64,000 nt of DNA from Alphaproteobacteria bacterium. Lineage in GTDB: Bacteria > Pseudomonadota > Alphaproteobacteria > UBA828. The stretch is taken from NCBI GenBank assembly GCA_965237415.1, contig CBDEFM010000002.1:1888001-1952000 (forward strand). The letters run 5' to 3'. The notes under the pieces were generated by a model that saw only the letters and a list, made by a program, of their open reading frames with translations, was not told the DNA's origin and ran no database searches. The position numbers were made by a program, and so were the translations under genes. Shown in pieces: positions 1-8,595 of the stretch (positions within the stretch are counted from its first letter, which is position 1; the number at the start of each line of letters is the position of its first letter).

Positions 1-768
1 GTGCTCTACGCCCCCCTCCTGGTGGTGATGGTTTACAGCTTCAACGATTCGCTCTCCATCACCCGCTGGGGTGGGTTCAGCTTCCGCTGGTACATGGACG
101 TCTTCACCGGGCCGGAATCGGCGAAATTCAAGGACGCCGCGTGGAACTCGCTGACCATCGCGCTCTCCGCCGCCGTCACCAGCACGACCATCGCCACCGC
201 CGCCGCCATCGCCATGGTGCGCGGCGGCGCCTTTCGCGGCAAATCGTTGAATTTCGCGTTGATCAGCATGCCGATCATGGTGCCCGAAATCGTCACCGCC
301 GTGGCGACTCTGGTCTTCTTCAGCGCCATCGGATTCGCGCTCGGGTACCTGTCAATTCTCGTGGCCCATATCGTCTTCTGTATTCCGTTCGCCTACCTGC
401 CCATCGCGGCTCGGCTGCAGGGTATCGACGGCAGTTACGAGGAAGCCGCTCAGGATCTATACGCCAGCCGGTTCCAGGCATTTCTTCGTGTTCTCATGCC
501 CTTGATGGCACCCGGAATCCTCGCTGGTTTTCTGTTGGCATTCATCATCTCTCTCGACGATTTCATCATCACGAACTTCATCAAGGGCGCTGGCATCGAA
601 ACCCTGCCCACGGCGATCTTCGGGGCCGTGAAGCAGGGGATCAAGCCCAACATCATGGCTCTCAGCACACTCATGCTCTCCGTCTCGATACTCATCGTCA
701 CACTTTCCTATCTCATCGGTCGTTACGGTCGTTATGGAACGAAGACGGAGGCATCGGAATCTGGTTAA
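1..768 (+). CDS. Polyamine/amine ABC transporter permease, PotC-like (5' truncated by window)
   Basis: Hydrophobic protein with EAA loop ([11 protein letters not shown]), SLDDF and TLP motifs typical of PotC/PotI. Confidence 0.88.
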   Translation: MLYAPLLVVMVYSFNDSLSITRWGGFSFRWYMDVFTGPESAKFKDAAWNSLTIALSAAVTSTTIATAAAIAMVRGGAFRGKSLNFALISMPIMVPEIVTAVATLVFFSAIGFALGYLSILVAHIVFCIPFAYLPIAARLQGIDGSYEEAAQDLYASRFQAFLRVLMPLMAPGILAGFLLAFIISLDDFIITNFIKGAGIETLPTAIFGAVKQGIKPNIMALSTLMLSVSILIVTLSYLIGRYGRYGTKTEASESG

Positions 769-791
769 CTGGCTCAACAAAGGAGGTCAAC

Positions 792-1829
792 ATGCGATAC
801 ATGTTCAAAGCTGGAATGGTGGCAGTAGCACTGATCTTTGCCGCGAGTGCGGCCCACGCTCAGGAGAAGATCTCGATTTACCACTGGTTCGAGTACATTC
901 CGCAGGAGCTGCTCGACAAGTTCGCTGCCGAAACGGGGATCGAGGTCACGATGGACACCTTCGATTCCAACGAGGCCATGCTCGCCACGCTCAAGGCCGG
1001 CAAGCTCGGCTCCTACGACGTGGCGGTGCCGGGCGATTATATGGTCGAGATCATGACGGGCGAAGGCATGCTCGACACCATCGCAGAGGGCGAGCTCGCC
1101 AACTTCGCCAACATCGAGCCGCAATGGGTGGACGTGCCCTTCGATCCGGGCCGCATGCACTCGATCCCCTATCAGTGGGGCTCGACCAGCTTCTCGGTGA
1201 ACCGGGACGTCTATGCGGGCGACATCAACGACACCAGCATCATCTTCGACCCGCCGGAGGAGGTGAAGGGCAAGATCAACGTCCTGGACTCCCAGGGCGA
1301 GGTCATGCTCTTGGCCTCCCTCCATCTCGGCATTCCGCAATGCTCGACGGACCGCGAGCAGCTGAAGGCGCTCGACGCGCTCTTGCAGTCCGCCAAGCCG
1401 CACTGGGCCTCCTTCGGCTCCGACATCGCCAAGGACGTGCTCGTCTCGGGCGATGCCGCGGTGGGGATGATTTGGAACGGGTTCTCCGCCAAGGCGCGCG
1501 CGGAGGGCGCCAACATCGAGTACGCCTATCCGCGTCAGGGCTTCGTCGTCTGGATGGACAATGTCGTGCTCCTGAAGGACGCGCCCAACCGGGCGAGCGC
1601 GCTCAAGTTCATGGACTTCCTGCTGGAGCCGGAGAATATCGCCGCGGTGACCAACTACGCGCGCTATGCGGCAGGCGTTGAGGGTGTCACGCCGCTTCTG
1701 GATCCGGAGCTCGCCTCGGCGCCCGAATCCGTTCCGCCCGCCGATGCCCCTGCGGGCAGCTTCATCGCGGTCTGCGATCAGGCGACGCAGGAGGTCTACG
1801 ACACGATGTGGACCCGCCTGAAGAAGTAG
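792..1829 (+). CDS. Polyamine/amine ABC transporter substrate-binding protein, PotD-like
   Basis: AGGAGG RBS at 781, ATG 792, signal peptide ending AHA-Q, motifs W.EYIP, DTFDSNE, PYQWG, WMDN. Confidence 0.9.
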   Translation: MRYMFKAGMVAVALIFAASAAHAQEKISIYHWFEYIPQELLDKFAAETGIEVTMDTFDSNEAMLATLKAGKLGSYDVAVPGDYMVEIMTGEGMLDTIAEGELANFANIEPQWVDVPFDPGRMHSIPYQWGSTSFSVNRDVYAGDINDTSIIFDPPEEVKGKINVLDSQGEVMLLASLHLGIPQCSTDREQLKALDALLQSAKPHWASFGSDIAKDVLVSGDAAVGMIWNGFSAKARAEGANIEYAYPRQGFVVWMDNVVLLKDAPNRASALKFMDFLLEPENIAAVTNYARYAAGVEGVTPLLDPELASAPESVPPADAPAGSFIAVCDQATQEVYDTMWTRLKK

Positions 1830-1845
1830 ACGTCCGTTTCCTGTT

Positions 1846-1882
1846 GCCGGGCGGCGCACCCCAACGGGGCGCGCCGCCCGGC
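1846..1882 (+). terminator. GC-rich hairpin after the binding-protein gene (mRNA stabiliser or attenuator)
   Basis: GCCGGGCGGCGC...GCGCCGCCCGGC 12-bp perfect stem with inner CCCC/GGGG; no U-tract. Confidence 0.5.
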
Positions 1883-1912
1883 TCAACCTGCCGCGACCAG
1901 TCGGGTGATCCC

Positions 1913-3988
1913 ATGAGCCTGGAGTCTCGTTACGACATCCTGCTTCAACCCATCGAGATCGGGCCGGTCACCGCCCGAAATCGCTTCTACCAGGTGCCCC
2001 ACTGCACCGGCATGGGCTATCGCGACCCGACCGCGCTCGCCCATATGCGGGGCGTGAAGGCCGAGGGTGGCTGGGCGGTCGTCTGTACCGAACAGGTCGA
2101 GATCCACTGGACCTCGGAGATCACGCCCTTCATCGAGCTCCGGCTCTGGGACGACCGCGACATCCCGATGCTCGCCAGGATGGCGGACCACATCCACGCG
2201 CACGGCGCGCTCGCCGGGCTGGAGCTCTGCTACAACGGCCTGCACGGCCCCAACTTCTATTCGCGCGAAGTGCCGATGGCGCCGACCGGGCGCGCGATCG
2301 CGAGCTTCACTTACGAACCCCTCCAGGCGCGCACCATGGACAAGGAGGACATCCGCAACGTCCGCCGCTGGCACAAGGCGGCGGCGCTTCGCGCCCGGCG
2401 GGCGGGTTTCGACCTGATCTATGTGTATGCCGGCCACGGGCTGAGCTTCCTGCATCACTTCCTCTCCAGGGAGTTCAATCACCGCACCGACGAATACGGC
2501 GGCTCGCTCGAAAACCGCGTGCGGCTCCTCAAGGAGCTCCTGATCGACACCAAGGAAGCGGTGGGCGACAGCTGCGCCGTTCCCTGCCGCCTCTCGATGG
2601 ACGAGCTTCGCGGCGCGGACGGGCTGGAGAAGGCCGAGACCGAGGACATGATCGGTCTCGTCGCGGAGATTCCGGACCTCTGGGACGTTTGCCTCGCCGG
2701 CTGGGAGAACGACAGCCTCTCGTCCCGCTTCGGCGAGGAGGGAGGGCAGGAACCCTTCATCGCCGGCGTCAAGAAGCTCACCACGAAGCCGGTGGTCGGC
2801 GTCGGCCGCTATACGTCGCCGGACCGCATGGTCTCCATCGTCAAGAAGGGCATCGTCGATCTGATCGGCTGTGCCCGGCCCTCCATCGCCGATCCCTTCC
2901 TGCCGCGAAAGGTGGCCGAGGGGCGCCTCGAGGACATCCGCGAGTGTATCGGCTGCAACATCTGCGTATCGGGCGATTTCACCATGTCGCCCATCCGCTG
3001 CACCCAGAACCCGACCATGGGGGAGGAATGGCGCCGGGGCTGGCATCCCGAGTTCATTCGGCCGAAGGAGAGCGAGAAGCCCGTCCTGATCGTGGGCGCC
3101 GGCCCCGCCGGCCTCGAAGCCGCGCAGGCGCTCGGCAAGCGCGGCTACGACGTAACCCTGGCCGAGCAGGGCAGAGAGTTGGGCGGGCGGGTCGCCCGCG
3201 AATGTCGCCTGCCGGGCCTCGCCGCCTGGGGCCGGGTGCGAGATTACCGCGCCGAGCAGCTTCGGAAGCTTCCCAACGTCGCCCTCTATCTGGAATCCCA
3301 ACTCGATGCGGAGACCGTTCTCGAATTCGGCTGCCCCCGCGTCGTGATCGCCACAGGCGCGCGCTGGCGCAGCGACGGGGTCGGCCACCACTGGACCGCG
3401 CCCCTGCCCATCGAGGACGGATCGCAGGTCCTCACGCCCGACGACCTCATGGAGGGTCGCTTGCCCGAGGGAACGCGCGTCGTCGTCTGGGACGACGATC
3501 ACTACTACATGGGCGGCGTGCTGGCCGAGCTCTTGGCCGACAAAGGCTATGAGACCACCTACATGACGCCCGCATCGGAGGCCTGCACCTGGAGCCGCAA
3601 CACCATGGAGCAGCACTTCGTCCAGGCGCGCATGCTGGAGAAGGGAATAGCCATCGAGGCGTTCCGGACCCTGAGCCGTATTTCTCCGGGCACCGTCGCC
3701 ATGTCATGCGTCCATACCGGCCGGGTCGAAGAGCTGGAGGCCGATGCGGTGGTTCTCGTCACCAGCCGAACATCCTCGGACGAGATCGCGGCCGATCTCT
3801 TGCGGCAACAGGACCGCTGGCCGGACTCCGGCCTCGAAGCCGTCGAGGCCATCGGCGACGCGCTTGCGCCGGCCACCATCGCCCATGCTGTCTACGCCGG
3901 GCGACGCTACGCCGAAGACCTCGACGGCGTCGCCGTTGCGATGGACGAGGTGCCCTTCAAGCGCGAGATCGCAGAGTTGATCGAGTGA
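1913..3988 (+). CDS. Histamine/trimethylamine dehydrogenase family iron-sulfur flavoprotein
   Basis: NRFYQVPHC (6-S-cysteinyl-FMN Cys), CIGCNICxxxxxxxxxxxC [4Fe-4S] motif, GEEWRRGWHPE, GAGPAG ADP-binding fold. Confidence 0.9.
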   Translation: MSLESRYDILLQPIEIGPVTARNRFYQVPHCTGMGYRDPTALAHMRGVKAEGGWAVVCTEQVEIHWTSEITPFIELRLWDDRDIPMLARMADHIHAHGALAGLELCYNGLHGPNFYSREVPMAPTGRAIASFTYEPLQARTMDKEDIRNVRRWHKAAALRARRAGFDLIYVYAGHGLSFLHHFLSREFNHRTDEYGGSLENRVRLLKELLIDTKEAVGDSCAVPCRLSMDELRGADGLEKAETEDMIGLVAEIPDLWDVCLAGWENDSLSSRFGEEGGQEPFIAGVKKLTTKPVVGVGRYTSPDRMVSIVKKGIVDLIGCARPSIADPFLPRKVAEGRLEDIRECIGCNICVSGDFTMSPIRCTQNPTMGEEWRRGWHPEFIRPKESEKPVLIVGAGPAGLEAAQALGKRGYDVTLAEQGRELGGRVARECRLPGLAAWGRVRDYRAEQLRKLPNVALYLESQLDAETVLEFGCPRVVIATGARWRSDGVGHHWTAPLPIEDGSQVLTPDDLMEGRLPEGTRVVVWDDDHYYMGGVLAELLADKGYETTYMTPASEACTWSRNTMEQHFVQARMLEKGIAIEAFRTLSRISPGTVAMSCVHTGRVEELEADAVVLVTSRTSSDEIAADLLRQQDRWPDSGLEAVEAIGDALAPATIAHAVYAGRRYAEDLDGVAVAMDEVPFKREIAELIE

Positions 3989-4075
3989 CTCTATTGGCAG
4001 GTGAGCAGCAGCCAATGGAGTGAACGCCCCCTCCTAACGGCATCCCCCGGCACGTACAATCTTTGTCGATCTGCC

Positions 4076-5620
4076 CTACGGCCGCATTGGAAAACTGGTC
4101 GGCCCCTTCAAATGCGGCAGCAGGGGTTGGACGCGGGCGATCCAGTCGCAGAGCACGGGGCGGGTCTCGCGCGGGTCGATGAGCTCGTGGATCGAGAAGC
4201 TCTCGGCGCGGGGCACCGGGGACTGGCGCGCGAGCATGGCTTCTTCGAGGCGCTCGCGCTCGGCGGCGGGATCGTCGGCCCGTGCGATTTGACGGCCGAA
4301 GGCCACCGCCACGCCGCCCTCGACCGGGAGCGCCCCCATCTCGGCCGAGGGCCAGGCGACGACGAACCCATCCGGGCCGAAATGCGCGGCGACGGCAACA
4401 CCGTGCGCCTTGCGCACGATCACCGACGCCCAAGGCACCACGGAGCTCGCCGCTGCGAGCACGGCGGCAGCGCCGAAGCGGATCGTGCCGGCCTTCTCCG
4501 CCTCCGTCCCGATCATGAAGCCGGGCTCGTCCACCAGACTCACAATCGGCAGGTGGAACGTGTCGCAGAGCTCGATGAAGCGGCGCGTCTTCTGCGAGCC
4601 CGCTGCGGTCATGGCGCCGGCAAGGTGCCAGCAGTCGTTGGCGAGCACGCCGACGGGCTGGCCGGAGAGCCGGGCGAGGCCGGTGATCGTACCTTGCCCA
4701 TAGAGCCGGCCGATCTCGAAGAATGAGCCCTCATCCAGCACCAGCGCGATCACGCGCCGCATGTCGTAGAGCTTGCGCCGGTTGCGCGGCACGATCCCGA
4801 TCAGCGCCTCGGCACGCCGGTCCGCCGGATCGTCGGCCGACGTGCAGGGAGGAAGCTCCCAGACGTTGGGCGGCAGATAGCTCAGGAACCGGCGGATCTC
4901 GGCGAAGGCTGCCGGCTCGTCCGCGACCAGATTGTCGATGACGCCGTTCCTCGCGTGCACCGCCGGGCCGCCGAGCGCCTCCTTGCTCGGGCGCCGCCCG
5001 AGCGCGCGTTCGACCACGGCGGGGCCTGCGATCAGGATTTGCGAGTTCTCGGTCATCACCGAGAAGTGCGAGGCCACCAGGCGCGCGGCGGGAAGGCCCG
5101 CGACCGCACCGAGCCCCGCCGAGGCAACGGGCACGGTTGCCATCGCCTGGGCTACGGACTTGAAGCGCGGCGGGGCGTTGACCGGCGTGCCCACCGTCTT
5201 CGAGCCGGTCCCGGCGACGCTCCCGCCTGCGCCTTGATGGAGCCGCACCAGCGGCACGCGGTAGGTGCAGGCGAGCTCCTCCGCGTAGACGCTCTTGCGC
5301 AGGCCCGCCTCGTTGGGCGAGCCGCCGCCGAGCGTGAAATCCTCGCCGCCGATGACGCAGCGGCGCCCGTCGATCGCGCCGAAGCCGAGCACGAAGTTGG
5401 CCGGATTAAAGTCGGTGAGCCGCCCCTCGCCATCGCGGGTCGCATCGCCGGAGGCGCCGCCCAGCTCCCGAAAGGAGCCTGGGTCGAGCATGGCGTCGAT
5501 CCGTTCGCGGATCGTGAGAAGCCCCCTGGCGTGCTGGCGGGCGACGCCCTCCTCCCCGCCCTGCGCCTGTGCGAGCGCCCGCTTGCGTGCGAGCTCCTCG
5601 ACCTCCCTCTCCCAGCTCAT
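4076..5620 (-). CDS. Acyl-CoA carboxylase carboxyltransferase subunit (PccB-like)
   Basis: RERIDAMLDPGSF, EDFTLGGGS, DEPGFMIG, IDPRETR; start at MSWERE. Confidence 0.88.
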   Translation of the reverse strand: MSWEREVEELARKRALAQAQGGEEGVARQHARGLLTIRERIDAMLDPGSFRELGGASGDATRDGEGRLTDFNPANFVLGFGAIDGRRCVIGGEDFTLGGGSPNEAGLRKSVYAEELACTYRVPLVRLHQGAGGSVAGTGSKTVGTPVNAPPRFKSVAQAMATVPVASAGLGAVAGLPAARLVASHFSVMTENSQILIAGPAVVERALGRRPSKEALGGPAVHARNGVIDNLVADEPAAFAEIRRFLSYLPPNVWELPPCTSADDPADRRAEALIGIVPRNRRKLYDMRRVIALVLDEGSFFEIGRLYGQGTITGLARLSGQPVGVLANDCWHLAGAMTAAGSQKTRRFIELCDTFHLPIVSLVDEPGFMIGTEAEKAGTIRFGAAAVLAAASSVVPWASVIVRKAHGVAVAAHFGPDGFVVAWPSAEMGALPVEGGVAVAFGRQIARADDPAAERERLEEAMLARQSPVPRAESFSIHELIDPRETRPVLCDWIARVQPLLPHLKGPTSFPMRP

Positions 5621-5637
5621 GCGTGGCTCATGGAGGC

Positions 5638-6822
5638 TCAGGCGACGACGCCGGCGTCGCGCAGCGCGGCGATCTCGGTCACGGAGAGCCCGGCCTCGGC
5701 AAGCAGCTCCTCCGTGTGCTCGCCGAGGAGCGGTGCGCCCCGCCGGATCGAGCTCGGCGTGGCCTCGAAGCGCGTCGCCGGCCGCGCCTGGCGCAGCCTT
5801 CCGGCGATGGGATGATCGACTTCGACGAGCGTGCCGGCGGCGGCAACCTGCGGGTGCTCGACGAGCGCGCTCCGGGTCAGCACCGGCGCGCAGGGCACGC
5901 CCTCGGCTTCCAGACGCTCCATCCACTCGGCGGTGGTCCTTGCGCGAAGCACCTCCTGGGTGAGCGAGAGGCGGTCGTCGATATTCTCGTCACGGAGCGC
6001 CGGCGTCTTGAATCGCGCGTCCTGGAGCCACTCCGGCCGCTCGAGCGCACGCGTGAGGCCGACCCATTCGCCGTCGCTCATCACCGCGACGCTCATGTGG
6101 CCGTCCTTCGTCTCGTAGATGAGGTCGATGAAACTCGCCGCTCGTTGCTCCGTCGCCGCCTGCTCGAGGAAGGTCTGGCCGCCCATGTCCGATGCCCAGA
6201 GGAACGACACAACAGCATCCAGCATCGAAAGGCGCACGTGCTGGCCTTGGCCCGTACGCTCGCGGGCGAGCAGCGCGGCGGTGACCGCCTGTGCTGCGGT
6301 CACGCCGGTAAGCTTATCGGGCAATATCGTGCGGACGAGACGGGGGCGCACATCGTCCGAACCGCCCTGGACCGACGCCAGGCCGGAGGCCGCCTGGATG
6401 ATCGGATCGTAGACCCGCTTGTGCGCGTAGGGGCCCGTCTCGCCGAAGCCATTGATCGAGACGTAGACGATCCCTGGGTTTACCGCCCGGATGTCGGGCT
6501 CGCCGACCCCCAGTCGCTCGACCACGCCCGGCCGGAAATTCTGGATGAAGACGTCGGCATGCGCGGCGAGGCCGATCACCGCGTCGCGCCCGCGCGGATC
6601 CTTTAGATTGACGGCAATCGAGCGCTTGTTGCGGTTGACATTTAGAAAGCCCGAGGAGAGTCCGTTGGAGCGGTTGCTGCCCGCCCGCGTGCGATCGCCC
6701 TGGCCTATCGCTTCTACCTTGATCACGTCGGCGCCCTGGTCGCCCAGCATCATGGTGGCCAAGGGGCCCGAAACCATCGATGTGAGGTCGACGACGCGGT
6801 AACCGTCGAGCGGTCCTGGCAC
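5638..6822 (-). CDS. CaiB/BaiF family III CoA transferase
   Basis: GPLDGYRVVDL, GADVIKVE, NRNKRSI, NFRPGV, APLLGEHT; GTG start after AGGAGA RBS. Confidence 0.92.
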   Translation of the reverse strand: MPGPLDGYRVVDLTSMVSGPLATMMLGDQGADVIKVEAIGQGDRTRAGSNRSNGLSSGFLNVNRNKRSIAVNLKDPRGRDAVIGLAAHADVFIQNFRPGVVERLGVGEPDIRAVNPGIVYVSINGFGETGPYAHKRVYDPIIQAASGLASVQGGSDDVRPRLVRTILPDKLTGVTAAQAVTAALLARERTGQGQHVRLSMLDAVVSFLWASDMGGQTFLEQAATEQRAASFIDLIYETKDGHMSVAVMSDGEWVGLTRALERPEWLQDARFKTPALRDENIDDRLSLTQEVLRARTTAEWMERLEAEGVPCAPVLTRSALVEHPQVAAAGTLVEVDHPIAGRLRQARPATRFEATPSSIRRGAPLLGEHTEELLAEAGLSVTEIAALRDAGVVA

Positions 6823-7019
6823 TGGTTCTCTCCTCGCCTTGCCGAATGGCGCGATCGTATCCGGGGAGCGGCGATTTCGGAACCGGCCTGCCACCGATGA
6901 GGACCGGCCACTCATTCATTGACTCATTCCCGCCGCGCTCCCATGTGCATGCTTCAAACCCCGAATGTCGGTGGGCGGATCAGCGCCCGCGATCGCCGTC
7001 ACCGAATGAGCGCCGCCTC

Positions 7020-8540
7020 ATGCCCCGAGACTACGTGACGAAGATACTGAAAGCGCGCGTCTACGACGTGGCGCGCGAGACACCGCTTGAGCTTGCGCCG
7101 AAACTCTCCTCCCGGCTCGGCAGCGAGGTTTGGCTCAAGCGTGAGGACCTCCAGCCGGTCTTCTCGTTCAAGCTGCGCGGCGCCTACAACAAGCTCGCGT
7201 CGCTCAAGCCTGAGGAACGCGCACGGGGGGTCATCGCGTCGTCGGCCGGCAATCATGCGCAGGGCGTGGCGCTTGCGGCGCAGCGGCTCGGCACTCGCGC
7301 GCTCATCGTCATGCCGGAGACGGCACCCCGCATCAAGGTGGACGCGGTCGAGCGGCTGGGCGCCGAGGTGCTCCTCGCGGGCGATACGTATGACGGCGCG
7401 AGAGAGCGGGCCGAGGCCCTCGCCGCCGAGCGCGGGATGATCCTGATCCCCCCCTATGACGACGAGCACGTCATTGCAGGCCAGGGCACCGTGGCGATGG
7501 AGATCGTGCGCCAGCAGGGCGAGGCCTTCGACGCGATCTTCGTGAGCGTGGGCGGCGGCGGCCTCATCGCCGGCATCGCCGCTTACATCAAGGCTCTGTG
7601 GCCCGAGACACTCATCATCGGTGTCGAGCCACAGGACGCGCCGACCCTGCACGCAGCGCTCGCGGCGGGCGAGAGGGTCGTCTTGGATCAGGTCGGCACC
7701 TTTGCCGACGGCGTGGCGGTGAAGCAGATCGGGGCCGAGCCCTTCCGCATCGCACGCGAATGCATCGATGAGGTGGTGCTCGTCTCCACCGACGAAATTT
7801 GCGCGGCGATCAAGGACATCTTCGAGGACACCCGGGCGATCGCCGAGCCCGCAGGGGCGCTCGCGGTCGCAGGGCTCAAGCGCTACGTCGAGCGGGAGGG
7901 CATAACGGATGGCCGGCGCTTCGCCGCGGTCGTTAGCGGCGCGAACGTCAACTTCGACCGCCTCCGCCACATTGCCCAGCGGGCCCAGCTTGGCGAGCAG
8001 CGGGAGATCCTGCTCGCGGTCACCATCCCCGAGCGCCCCGGAAGCCTGCTTCGGTTCTGCGAGCTTATCGGCAAGCGCTCGATCACCGAGTTCAACTACC
8101 GCTTTGCCGACGACGCGGACGCGCACATCTTCGTGGGCGTGGAGATCAGCGGTACCGGGGCAGACGGGCAGTCCCTCGTGGAATCGCTAGAGCGCGACGG
8201 CTATCCGGTGCTCGACCTGACAGACAACGAGATGGCCAAGCTCCACGTGCGCTACATGGTGGGCGGCCATGCGCCGGGGGAGCTGGACGAAATCCTCTAT
8301 CGCTTCGACTTCCCGGAGCGGCCGGGCGCCCTGATGCACTTTCTCACCCAGATGGGACGCAAGCCCTGGAACATCAGCATGTTCCACTACCGCAACCACG
8401 GCTCGGACTACGGCCGGGTGCTGATCGGCCTGCAGGTGCCGCAGGACGAACGCGGGGACTTCCAGGCGTTTCTCGAGCAGGTGGGCTACGACTGCCGCGA
8501 AGAGACGGCTAATCCCGCGTACCGCCTGTTCCTGCGGTGA
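7020..8540 (+). CDS. ilvA: Threonine dehydratase, biosynthetic, long form with two regulatory domains
   Basis: KREDLQPVFSFKLRGAYN (PLP Lys), SAGNHAQG, IPERPGS and FPERPGAL regulatory repeats. Confidence 0.95.
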   Translation: MPRDYVTKILKARVYDVARETPLELAPKLSSRLGSEVWLKREDLQPVFSFKLRGAYNKLASLKPEERARGVIASSAGNHAQGVALAAQRLGTRALIVMPETAPRIKVDAVERLGAEVLLAGDTYDGARERAEALAAERGMILIPPYDDEHVIAGQGTVAMEIVRQQGEAFDAIFVSVGGGGLIAGIAAYIKALWPETLIIGVEPQDAPTLHAALAAGERVVLDQVGTFADGVAVKQIGAEPFRIARECIDEVVLVSTDEICAAIKDIFEDTRAIAEPAGALAVAGLKRYVEREGITDGRRFAAVVSGANVNFDRLRHIAQRAQLGEQREILLAVTIPERPGSLLRFCELIGKRSITEFNYRFADDADAHIFVGVEISGTGADGQSLVESLERDGYPVLDLTDNEMAKLHVRYMVGGHAPGELDEILYRFDFPERPGALMHFLTQMGRKPWNISMFHYRNHGSDYGRVLIGLQVPQDERGDFQAFLEQVGYDCREETANPAYRLFLR

Positions 8541-8595
8541 GGAGAGCGTAGGAGCGACTGCAGGCGCCGCCCGAGCGCGGCGACCCGCGCCGTGG

